Shown piece by piece: positions 12,640-64,000 of a stretch of 64,000 nt of DNA. Position 1 is the stretch's first letter. Each line of letters begins with the position of its first letter. Where the stretch lies: positions 620,001-684,000 of the forward strand of contig JAQGDQ010000063.1 of NCBI GenBank assembly GCA_030141605.1, in the 5' to 3' direction. The notes beneath the pieces are model-generated. The model made no database searches. It was not told the origin of the DNA and saw only the letters and a program-made list of their open reading frames with translations. Position numbers and translations under genes: made by a program. The stretch comes from Tubiluchus corallicola (lineage: Eukaryota; Animalia; Priapulida).

Positions 12640-15600
12640 ATCGATATATAAACGTACACGAGGAAAGTTGAATCGATATATGAACATGCTTTCTAAATAA
12701 GAGCTTTTAAAATAAACTGGATAATAAGGATGAATGCAAGATCTTGTGGAGTGTATATTTATATGTTATTTCAGTAGTGGAAATGATCAGTTTGGTCATG
12801 TTTGCAGATAAAAATTGTCCATCTTGTTTGTAACTACAACGTGCATAAATGAAATTATTGGAGGGTTTGGGTTACAACTGAATATTTTTTATGTTCGAGC
12901 AGCCGAATCTCTAGTGTTTAGTTGCGCAGAAATTTAGTGCAAACTAAGACAACGTGTTGTACCTGGCATTCGCCATCAGGAGGCTGGTATATATTTTGCA
13001 GGAATTGTTAAGTCCTTCTACTTATTGTACACGTAATTATAGCAAATAACGTAATGTAAAATTATTTTCATGACTTTTACTCATTCAAAGTGCTAGCCGA
13101 GAAGACGTTTTGTCTTAAATTGACATACTGTCTCTACTCTTGAAATCCTGTAATATATTTTTATTTTCGACTCTTATTCAATCTTAAAAAAATAGTAGCT
13201 AATGTTTGCAAGCTTGGACCATCTAAATGTCTATATTGTTTCTGACTAAAATCAAATTAAATGAATAAATATTAATTAAAGTTCTTTGTGTTTTTTTTTG
13301 TGCAATTTAGCACACTGCAATCCTGTATCCATCATATATTAATGGGTCTACTAACTGTTGACATTTATAGCAAGACTAGAATGTCACACATTAAAAGAAT
13401 AATCCTGTACAAAGAGACACTGAATGGGTCGAGTTGGCCTAGCCATGCTTGTATCTTCATGAGGTAAATAGCCAGAAACAGCATGACGAATGAAACTGCC
13501 CAGAGCGCATACTGAACCCAGACACACAAGCCGTTCACTTACCTGTCTCTGTATTAGTGAACTTCGGTTGCAAAATGTACCTGTTGACCACTTGGTTATT
13601 ACGCGAAGTTTTTCTTTTGCATTGAGTAATAGATTAAGACAATATAGTGTATGTATTCTATTTTTTATATAAGTAGGAAGTTAGGAACTAGCAAACCTCT
13701 GCAAAGTATTTTGCATATAAATCCAGAACAACAACAGAAGGGTAGTACAAAAAATGAACACATCCACTGTTAAAAGGAATGGGCCTTACCAGGAAACAAA
13801 ACTTTGCCTATACACTCCAGGTTGTTCCAATAATATTCGCCGCGTTTCTTCAGTGGCTGTCTTTAAATATCAGTTTAATAACTAAGTTTTGCAAAAAAAC
13901 TCATTTTGGACATTTTCACCTACTGTAGCTCCCACATGTCCTGAATCGAAAAATAAACCCCTTGTCGGACAATGGAGACTTTGAAGGTTCGTTTGATGTG
14001 CAACTGGTTCACATGGTTTATCACAAGTGGTTCTGTAGTCGCAGAGAATGCCTCGTATTGTATAGATCCATCCACTATAACTGGACAGTTTAACTATATG
14101 TAGATGTATATATTTCTCCAGATATGTTTATCTGCCAATAAAATTGTATATATATATATATATATAATGCACACACACACCCATACATGTTACAGCGTCC
14201 TCACAAGTTATGCTGTACAGACTCACCCTCACACACACAGAGATGCACAAACACACATAACGAGTGATGTGTTTCTAACTGGGAAACTACTGTCAAAAAC
14301 AAAGGCTATGTATGACTTGCATGTATTTGTTTCTAAAATGTACAAATATAGTACTGTGTTCTTTATTCAAGCTATAAAGACCAGTGTCAATATTATCACA
14401 ACTCAGCAATTTAAGAAATTTAAGAAATTTAAATTTAATTAAACATGTTCTCCCCCACTGCATCAGTTTGACTACCTGGTATGTACTTTCCTACACCCCA
14501 CATGGAAGTGACATTACCTGCAGACAAGAAGTTAACAGTACTTCGAAAAAAATTAAATGATCAAACTGACTTGATAATGTGTGAAATTTTAATTATGCAG
14601 CAAATGTTACAGAAACAATGTTATCGCTCTCAGTTTTTGCAAAACAAACAAACAGAGTGTACTGTTGGCTAGTAACCAAATTATTAAAGAGTAATTAGTA
14701 ACACTAGCTAGAATCACTTCAGTATAGTTTCAGTGCTGTATAAGGACACAACAGATAATTCTGTCTTATAAGTTTTAACAGCTTCAAGATGCAAAATCTC
14801 TTAGTATAACTGTTGCATAATATCAACGAAAGGAATTTGGATCAAACAAAATTAATATTCAACTAGCAGTACAACCTGTTCCTGAATCTTTGGCGTACAA
14901 TCATAGAGTGGACCTGCATGTTTACAGTTTAGGCAAATAGTCATAATCTTGACACTAGATATATAATATTACAGACATAATTGTATGAATGATCACAGGA
15001 TAGTCGTAGTATATGGTTGACAAAACGTTTTTGTAGATGTTGACAAGATAAATTTCTGATAAACTAATATGCACTAATGCGAAACTACTTTAGTAACACA
15101 TTAGGGGTATTAAACTTTACCATTTAACTTTATTATGTGTAAAGCAATGTGTTAACTACTACAATCAATAGTAGTACCTTTCAAGTTAAAATAACAGAAT
15201 TGCTAAGAGCTATTAAAAATTTTAGTGAATTTCGGAAAAGTTCATACTTCTGACAATTCTGTAACGAGTCAAATTCCAATGTTATTTAAATGATTACTTG
15301 CTTGAAAATTGCATAAAATCGTAAGCAACTTGGATAACAGTTGCACAATACATAGTGACCTAATGGTGAAAACTGTGGCTAAAACACAAAAGTGTCAACT
15401 GCATGCCTCAAGTTAATCACATAGCCAGAGTAGGGCTATTGGTGGTTCAGGAAGCTAACCTTATCCACGCTTATTGTTTAGTGAGATGAATTATTCTCTT
15501 CTACATATATATTTAAATAATTCGAGCAAAATAGAAAAACAAGTGTTTTTAATATAAAGGACTGTATTAAAACCACATTGGTGTCGGTATAGGACCTTTG

Positions 15601-17324
15601 GCTGTATTGCTGTAGACTGTGCGTATAAGCGTGCATACGGTAATCAATTATGTCTGTTCACAATTTAAAGCAACTGTCAAAAGGAAGTAACAATAGTGTT
15701 CACCATGTCTCAAGTCTGCAAAGAAACTGTCATGACATGAAATCAGTTGACGTCTAATATAATGTCAATCATTTTCGTTGACTGCCCAATCAGCGTGCAA
15801 GTTATTTCACACACCCCTGCAGCAGGTACCGTTCGGGACATTTGGCTATAGCTCCGTCTAAACTGTTATGAATAATGCTCAATTTTTCAATAGTTAGCGG
15901 GAGACATGTTGGCTTGGTTCTAGATTTTCTTATTGTCAATTGAAATTGCAAGTGAATTAGTGGAAATATATAGTCTAGTTTCGTTTATAGGAAGAAATGC
16001 ATAATGCTTACGTCTATGAGTTGCTGATTAAACCATTTTGCAATCAAGAAAATACGCAGTTTAGTTTAGTTTATGGCTTTGTAAGTTAGATAAAAACAAC
16101 TATATGATGAACTTTAAATAAGGACAAAACGTTTTCTTTTCTGGCCAGTTTTTATAAACCTCAATGAGATCTTCACAGTCAAAATTAATTCAAATGTGGT
16201 CAAAACTTATACATCAATGTAATATTAGCTAATTTTATGCTATTTTTCTGGTTATAATCAAGGTTAAAAGATACCATTGGGACTTATGTGACTCGGCACT
16301 CAATATAAGGTTCGCCTATGGAATGGAACAGTCAAATTTATTCCATTTCCGTAGTCCGACAAACGAAAAAATACAAAAACTTAATAAATCTTGCAGACGA
16401 GCACATGATCAATTAATATAGAAAAATACATCGCGGGTTTGATATTCGTATGTTTAAAGGCAAGAGAGACTCGATAATTTTGTTGCTCATTTTAAAGCAA
16501 GGCTGACTGGCTTAGTTTCTTTATTATACTTATGTCTCTGCATTTCGTAGCGCTTAGAAACTTCGTCTCTACATTCTGTTAAAATTGAAAAGGCCTTTTT
16601 CTGGCTACTTGAAATGTTAATTTCGTGTTAAAATAGCTGCTGTTCTGCAAATTTGCATTTATGAAGAAGTGCATTCAGTTTATCTGCTGATTAGACATTA
16701 ATTGTGACTGTCATGTTGTTTAGCTTAACCAGTTGTTGTCCTACATGAGCTGTTGTCCCGAATGCTGCAGAGCGTGCTTATGTTGCAGTGGGGGCAGAGC
16801 GATAGACCAATATGTTTGCTGTCAATTATATCGTTCTAGCAGATCTCTAAATCACAAAATCTATTACAAAGGTCATTGTTATTGAAGATTTTAAAAGACC
16901 AGTAAAAGCAAATATTGTTGAGGGATGCAAAGAAGCAATGTTACATGTTACAAATCTGGTTCACTCACAAATTTTGTGAAGTGCTTATTAAAGTGTGACT
17001 TTTGCAAGTAGTTATTTGATTGTTATTGACTTTCTAAATACTACTTGTACTGCTCCATTATTGCTATCAATATAATCAATAATAATAAAGGCTCTGCATA
17101 CACATAAGTAGTTTTTAAATTAATGTTTCTTTGCAATTGCTCAGTTGTTAAAATATTTGTATTTAAAGGTATTTCAATAATATTTTGTTATTAACTAGCT
17201 AGTCAACTGCACTGCTACTGGTTTCACTTCTGCTTTACTAACCTCAGAACATTTTGTTATTCTGACCTCGTAACACGTAACAATAATTATTAGGCCTATC
17301 TGAATTTTGGAGTTCTTATGAATG

Positions 17325-37372
<20,048 letters not shown>

Positions 37373-37378
37373 CACGGG

Positions 37379-37560
<182 letters not shown>

Positions 37561-37839
37561 AAATCTTTATTAAGGAAATGAACATATATACAAAAAGGTG
37601 CCTCTTTTTGCAGGCTCAGATCAGCAATTTACATTTTCATATAACAAATCTTTTAAATATTTCCAGTTTCACACTATGTACAACGAATAACATATTATAC
37701 TTAAATTAGATTTAATTTCAAATTATTATACACACAAATTAACTTTACACACCTACATAATTTATTTTTGTATACTCGAGTGGACCTAAATTAACAATTA
37801 CTTAGTATAAAATTCAACGTTCGGAGTCATGGGTGTTGT

Positions 37840-46344
<8,505 letters not shown>

Positions 46345-46799
46345 CTGGAGAAGTAGAAAACTGATGCAGAATGTGACGTAACAGTGCTTTGTTAAAAAGA
46401 AATGATTATTAATTAAGCAAGTATAGATCAGCTAATGAAAGACATTCAAACAAAATGAATGAAGAGCAGCAACTCGACGGTGACAATGCATTGATGGTTC
46501 CATGTTTCTATGACTGCAGATAGATGTGCTACATGAAAATTCAAAGGAATTTAGATAAATAATTCAGGCGGATCACCAAGTAAGACAGGTAATATACAAT
46601 TCTAACAAAGATTCAATAGTAGAAGAGTTCTTCATTCACGAATTTAATCGATCAGCATTTCTATACAGCATTCTAGGCTCCCATTAAATTTGGAAATACA
46701 ATCAAACATGGTAAAAATGGAGGTTTTGCTTCCATAAGAAAGGCAAATTTAAGCCTCAATTTGAAATGTGTAAATTGTCATTATCCTTATATGTATTGT

Positions 46800-47400
46800 T
46801 TTATCGTTGTTGTTGTTGTTGCTGCTGCTGTTGCTGCTACTGCTGCTGTTGCTGCTACTGCAGCTGTTGCTGCTACTGTTGTTGTTGTTGTTGTTGTTAC
46901 TGTTATTGCTACCATTACTGTTATTGTTATTATTATTGTTGTGACCGTCCCAGTTACTGTTACTGCTATTGTTATTGTTGCTTATTACCTCCATCAAGGG
47001 GATATGTCTTCATCACTGTTTGTTTTTTTGTCTGTCTAATATATCTGTCTAACAGAAATATGCAAAACCACTTAACAGTTTTCAGAAACTTGCAGTTATT
47101 GTTATTGTCATTGTTATTTCGTCATTGTCAATTTCACTGTCAATGTCATTGTTCACGTTACTGTTCGTGCTATCATTGTTATTGCTGTAGCTATTATTAC
47201 TATTATTATTATTATTGTTATTGTTATTGTTATTGTTATTGTTATTGTTATTGTTATTATTGTTATTGTTATTGTTATTATTATTATTATTATTATTGTT
47301 GTTGATATTATTGTTTCTGTAGCTGCTGTTGCTTTGTAGCTGAGGTTGTTGTTGTTTTTGTGGTGGTGGCGGTGACGGTGGTGGCAGTGGTGGCGGTGGC
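46800..47400. repeat. Low-complexity trinucleotide tracts (GTT/GCT/TAT/GGT)
   Basis: Directly visible; source of spurious poly-N/C/V ORFs. Confidence 0.9.
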
Positions 47401-48114
47401 AACGTTTGTCTGAGGTCTGGTCTGGCTGAGTTTGGATTGACAGAGGCACACAGCAAGATGAGTTTCTCTATAGATTGGATTTTGAGTGTGGAATAGCCTC
47501 AATTTGGGTACTAATTCCCTACAAAAAAGTAAAGACTTCATAGCACTGCGACACTTCAACAGAGCATGCTTTATTTGAAAAAAATTGGTAACGACACCAT
47601 AGCTGTGGCTATGTTGGAAGATAAAAAAAATCAGCTCTTTTATGGCCTGTATATTAATTTGTGATATGCTGTGTGACTGTGCAAATTTTAACTCCCTGTG
47701 AGGAAACTTGTGGACTAGGTGCTAATAACACCAGACCCCTGCCAGATTAGATACTAGCCACACCAGACCGCACTGTCACCTCAACAAGGGTCTCAATAAA
47801 GCAAACAGGCTAAATACTAGACTGACTTTCACTTTGTTGAATGACGCCAATATTGATGCTTGTAAATAAAATTTGGTGCTGAGGACCAATGTCCATATTT
47901 AACTTATGGAAATTGATTTGAAATGTAAACTGATGTACGGATTGTAGGCTCAAAAGGCTACCATCTGAAAGGCCACTTGAACCTCTAGAACGTATGAGAG
48001 ATTTAATACGAGATTTGAATGTCTGCATAGCCTAACATTGAATGACTCTAGGACAAAAAGGCCTATTCTTTTTTATTGACAATGCAATTTTATCATTTAC
48101 AAGTAGGTCTAACT

Positions 48115-50202
48115 ATGAGTGCACGCAAGATGATAATTACTGTGACCATTTATTGTTTGGCATGTGCATATGTTGCAGCAACGACACCAGAGTTTTGGAT
48201 TGGTGAGTAGTCTCAGTCAGTTCTAAAAGTTGTCACAATTTTAAAACTTGGCATCTATGCTTAAAACCTGTAAGTCAAGCCTATTGACAGCATCAGTCCG
48301 CATGTGACAAAACATAAGTAGTTCTGCCGGACAAACCCAACTTTGATTATCCTTTCTACCATCTTGCCTGCTCTGTCATTACCATCACAGTCATCACTGC
48401 TGCTGCAGCAATCACTGTCACCTCCAATATCACAGTCAGCATCAATGTCTTTTTAAGAGCCACTAATAACATCGCCACTACAGTATGGTGTCTCCACACA
48501 ATCAATGAAAAAGAATGTCTAAAAATTTCATATTCAGTTTAGCATTTAGTGGTTAGCACAGCTGGTCAGAACGTAAAAAGAGGTCTGGGATTTGACATCC
48601 GGTGGAGAACAGAGGCGTAGCGAGGTTCTAAAGTTAGGGGGAGCAATCACGTAAAAAGGTGCCATGACACATGAAGTAATTATATGTTTACCTATGTCAC
48701 AACAGACAGCATCAGTATGTGACAAGAATATATTATAATAATTAGATTTGCGGGCAATTTGAACCTTGGTTCAATCTGTCAAACTTAACAAATGAGTTGC
48801 ACAAATGCACGCTTATTTCAAAAACACGAGAGGCAGGTTGGTCAAATAAAGTAATGACTCTAGAAAATTCTTCTACAGCCATGCGATTATAAATAAAAAA
48901 AGATTCCATTTTTATCACACAAGTAAACTAGAGTTAAAAAATTGTTGAAAGGGTGCCAATTGTGAAAAATGTGCTTGACAAGAGACCAGTTGCTTCCTTT
49001 GCTCTCCCCATTTGCAGCGCCACTGGTGGTGAAATCAAATTTTCATTGACATCTGCCATTTGTATCAGGATACAAACATACTAGAATTAACGAAAACGAC
49101 TATTTCATTTCATTAATCTGATTATTAGACCTCACTTCATTACCAATAACTTTTTCCAGATTGTGATTCCCCAAGTTACGATTGCAGCGTTTTCGATTTT
49201 GAATTTGTGACTAGCGACGATAGCAGTTGTGAGGAAGGAATGCGTGTTCTATGTCGATCGCCACAAAGACACATCGAAGTACCTCCTACTCCTGTGAATG
49301 AAATTAGCGTGATGACCTACAACGTCTACGAGAAGTGTTGTGGACAAGTGGAAAGGACGTGTCGCATTCCAGCTACAATTGCAACAGACTACCCCCAAGT
49401 AGATGTCATCGTGTTTCAGGAAATGTTCTATGGAGGCTGCTGGAAAGATGGCGGTGCATCGGCCAGAGACCTTTTGCGTCAGCACGGCTTTCTGTATTTC
49501 ACCAAGAATGTGGGAAGTGCGGAGGTTGAAGATCCGCTCAACGCCGGAATCTTTATCGCTTCAAAGCACCCCATTGTTAAGGAGCAAGAGCGCCTTTTCA
49601 AAGCAAACGACTGGAGCATAGACCAGGGTGTTATGTACACCAAAATCATCAAATCCATTGGCAGCAAGAATCAGACGTATCATGTTTTTGGCTCACATCT
49701 GAGATGTTGCCGTGGAGAAGCTTACGAGACTCTCAGAAGACTGCAGGCCATCGAGTGGAATGCATTTGTTGAGGACATGGACATTCCAGTTGATGAACCA
49801 GTTATTCTGGCAGCCGATTTCAACATGGACTTTTACCGCGACAAGAAGCACGTGATGGACATGTTGGAGGTTCTTAGGGCAAAAGTTCCTCCAGTGGTGA
49901 GTGAACAATATGCAACCTGGTCAGCTACTGAAAACGATATCATTCTGCTTGAAGATTGGAGACCTGATGAATCAGAATACATTGATTATGTAATGCTGCG
50001 ACAGGATCATCTTCAACCCATTCACACAGTACAGGCCATTGTTAGGCCTCGTTCAAAGCAGCCCATGAGAATCTGTTGGGAAGCTGCTCCAGGTGTCTCT
50101 GGCTACGCCTGGCCAGACACCAGCGAATGTCTTCGGACAGAAGTGATCTCTGACTTGAGTGACCATTATGCTGTCATTGGAACAATATTGTTTGGTGACT
50201 GA
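48115..50202 (+). CDS. Secreted sphingomyelinase C / neutral sphingomyelinase-like enzyme (EEP/DNase I fold); exons 48115-48202 and 49160-50202 (376 aa)
   Basis: Exon 1 is a signal peptide MSARKMIITVTIYCLACAYVAA; phase-1 GT-AG intron; catalytic motifs MTYNV, DVIVFQEMF, GIFIASKHPI, GVMYTKI, HVFGSHL, ILAADFN, YIDYV, LSDHYAV. Confidence 0.88.
48610..49025. mobile_element. hAT-type MITE in the sphingomyelinase intron
   Basis: Imperfect TIRs cagaggcgtagc / gcagcgccactg; 8-bp TSD gtggagaa (48602-48609) vs gtggtgaa (49026-49033). Confidence 0.7.
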
Positions 50203-51081
50203 AACTATAAAACTGCTGAAAACAAAAATGAGATGTTTTTAAATGTGTTGTGGCAAGCTTAAATTAGAAAAGTAGATTTTTACAACAGGATTAAGAGTCT
50301 TGTAGGCTACAGCATGTGATCAGTTTTGTTCACCTGGTATCTGGTACAATATCCATCTACGTACATGGATTAGTGTCTTAATCCAGACTAACTTGTGGTG
50401 ATCATAGCAAACTGGGGATAGTCATATGGACAAAGATTAAGATTGCAATTTTTGTTTGTCTGTCATTGGAGCTCAAAAACAAATCAAGCTTAGGAAAACG
50501 TTTCGGCTTTCACAAAAACCTTGCAATTTACGTTCACCAAGGCTGACATCTTGTAGTACATGATTTTAACTTAATGGTTCAGCAGTGATCATACTGTTTG
50601 CTTTAAGCTTTGAAGAAATTTGTGTCTATGTTCCATGGTGGATAAAAAACTGGAAATTCTCAAACTGTGTGATTTGTGCATCACAGATAAAATACAAAGC
50701 AGTTGAAAGCACACAGTTTGTTTACACACTAATGAATACGCAATAGTTCATTTGTATAAACAAGTTTATAACTGCCAGACAATTTTTAAAAACAAGTAAA
50801 TTCATACATGGCATATTAAAATTTTGAGAAGCTGGAGATTAATTTTCTCAAGCAAATAATCTCATATCTAAACATGATATCTACACTAAATTTTAAAATA
50901 ACAGGAAAGAACAAAAATGTATGAAAAGTAAACGTACTTATTAAAAAGCACAAATATACACAGTGCAAAATATACCTGTGTGAAAAATAAAAATTTTCTT
51001 ATCTACAACAATGTCAGCAGGTATTGCTCAATAGCAATGAAAATTTATTATTCTGTCATAATTTCATAAAACATGATTATG

Positions 51082-62164
<11,083 letters not shown>

Positions 62165-62517
62165 CTGAACATACAAAAACTTTGATGGGAACGGTTATGT
62201 AAATATTATAAAGATTTTGGTCAATCTGCCCACTTCTCTATCCAGCAATTCTCTATTGAAAATGGAAAGTTTTATACTCGCTAAGTAGTAAGATGTATTA
62301 GTGGGCGCCTTAGACCAATTGGCCACCTGCCCGGTTTGACCAATTATTACTTCAAGCTTTATAACAAATTAGAATGAAGGACTATCGTTAAGCGCAATAT
62401 AGTCATAGTGTATTGAAGTGGAAATGACAAAAGTTTTATTACATGGTGTTTGCTGCCATAAGTGTTGTCCTTATGGCACAGACAAAGAAGAAAAAAGAAC
62501 AATTAAGTTGTCTTTAA

Positions 62518-63557
62518 AGCCAAGCATAGGTCGACTTGTGACGCAACGCAACTCATGGGCAACAGACATAGATGCCTGCTCAGACGACTGCGACTGATTT
62601 CCAGCAACTGCGAGCAACTAGCAAGATAGCAAGATACGAGTTCCAGCAAGTCGCAGCACTGCTCAAGTCGAAAACAACTGAATATGAAAATTAAACAAGC
62701 GTAATGTTCCGTCTTCAACGATAAATGTCTGCTAAATTTTGTACCAGCTGGTATTAGGGGTTTTAAAACTCTTTGCTTGCTATAGTTTTCTGTTGGATTA
62801 CCATATTAATCATTTTGCAAAAACGTTCTACCTGAACACTGTATATAAGAGGCAACACAATATGCAATCGTCTAGTGCAACAGAACTAGAAATCTAGAAT
62901 TTTCACACTGCATTCTTTGTTGCTGTTATATTTTGTCTACATTATTTTTCTATCAGTGGGTAAATTTAAGAGTGGAAAATTGTCGCACAGCTCCGCAACT
63001 CCTTTATCACAAGCGAGCACACTTTCTTATTTCTAGAATTAATGAATATTATCCCATGCAATAAATTTGTATAATTTTGTGATCACATAAACCAATATAC
63101 CTAGTTTTTCCAATTCCAAAGTGATTTATCTTACATGCTTCTTTTTAAATTTTTTATGATATTCTACACATGAAATATCATATATAAGGAGGAGTGCTCA
63201 CGCCACAATTCAATAAGTTTTATCTCAACACTTTCATTCCACTCATCTGCCACTTTTCAGAAAAGACCTCCTCAGACCTTTTCAGGATGTCACATGCCTT
63301 AAAAAATAAACGTTGATTAGTGACACCCAGCAAGTTCCAGAGAGTTGCAAACAATGCTCAGTTTCTGCGATCGATTGGAACTGGGTGGATACAGTATGCC
63401 GCAAGTAGAACACTAGCAACTCGCTGGAACTGAGTTGCATTGAGTTGCGTCGCAAACTTGCTTATGTCAGACTGGGTATACCGTATGCTGCCATTTGCTG
63501 AGACTTCAGTTGCTCTCATTTGCGTTGCGTTGCGTGAAGGTCGACCTAAGCCTGCCT
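62518..63557. mobile_element. PIF/Harbinger-type MITE
   Basis: Imperfect ~33-bp TIRs (agccaagcataggtcgacttgtgacgcaacgcaac / gttgcgttgcgtgaaggtcgacctaagcctgcct) flanked by TAA on both sides. Confidence 0.7.
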
Positions 63558-64000
63558 TAATATAGCCAAATTATAGCCAACTCTAAGTACATATGCGAGT
63601 TTTTACGCACTTTCACCACTGTTGCATCACAAATGCTTGCAGTGACATCCAATTCAGAAAATTTCTGAAATTAATGTTTTCTTGTAGCACATCACAAAAA
63701 CAAAATACATAACAATAGGCAATTTTACAGTCACGTCCAGTTCAATAAACTTTAATGTAGCAAAATTTTCTGTCTGGTTCCTGCTTTAATGATTTTTGAT
63801 AATTTGTTTATTTAAGGCTTGATATATACGAGAATCAAACAAACAGAAGCTTATTATCGGCAAGTGATTATAAACAGAAGTGTTATTACCACCACGAAGA
63901 ACTATAGTCATTACATTACCAAAAAAAAATAAAAAATTTCCGGCATGGAATTGGACCCACAGGCTTAATGCTTGTCACAGCATAACAGCTATTAAAAAAT

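Noticed and set aside
46749-47559. Poly-Asn/Cys/Val/Pro ORFs, including a possible signal-like LILLCASV segment
   Set aside because: Trinucleotide low-complexity DNA; no supportable splice path to the EGF gene
48535-48605. tRNA-like A/B-box sequence
   Set aside because: No cloverleaf; at best a decayed SINE head
63610-63780. Candidate upstream FBXL13 exons
   Set aside because: Splice-like sites present but peptides do not convincingly match the expected LRR

Overview
AT-rich, intron-rich eukaryotic (animal, probably invertebrate) genomic DNA, not prokaryotic. Five protein-coding loci could be reconstructed by hand from splice sites and reading phase. (1) KIAA1143/DUF4604 homolog (+, 10134-12639). 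(2) The 3' ~60% of RSPRY1 (-, 17325-~37372; 10 exons including an 11-nt micro-exon). Its 5' exons are not found, and its first visible exon lacks an AG acceptor, opening instead in-frame into an (AAT)n microsatellite with an upstream ATG. (3) A single-pass membrane protein with four Ca-binding EGF exons (-, 37840-46344). (4) A secreted, bacterial-sphingomyelinase-C-like EEP-fold enzyme with an intronless catalytic domain (+, 48115-50202). (5) An FBXL13/DRC6-like LRR gene (-, 51082 to at least 62164). Introns and spacers hold many repeats: an RT/RNase H-deleted Ty3/Gypsy element with paired LTRs, an internally deleted P-type THAP transposon with TIRs, 8-bp TSD and an intact truncated ORF, a deleted Tigger, several hAT/Harbinger-type MITEs, LINE fragments, a ~4-kb 46-47-bp satellite with higher-order structure, and many microsatellites. 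No CRISPR, rRNA or convincing tRNA genes were seen. All homology calls rest on recalled motifs, not on database searches.
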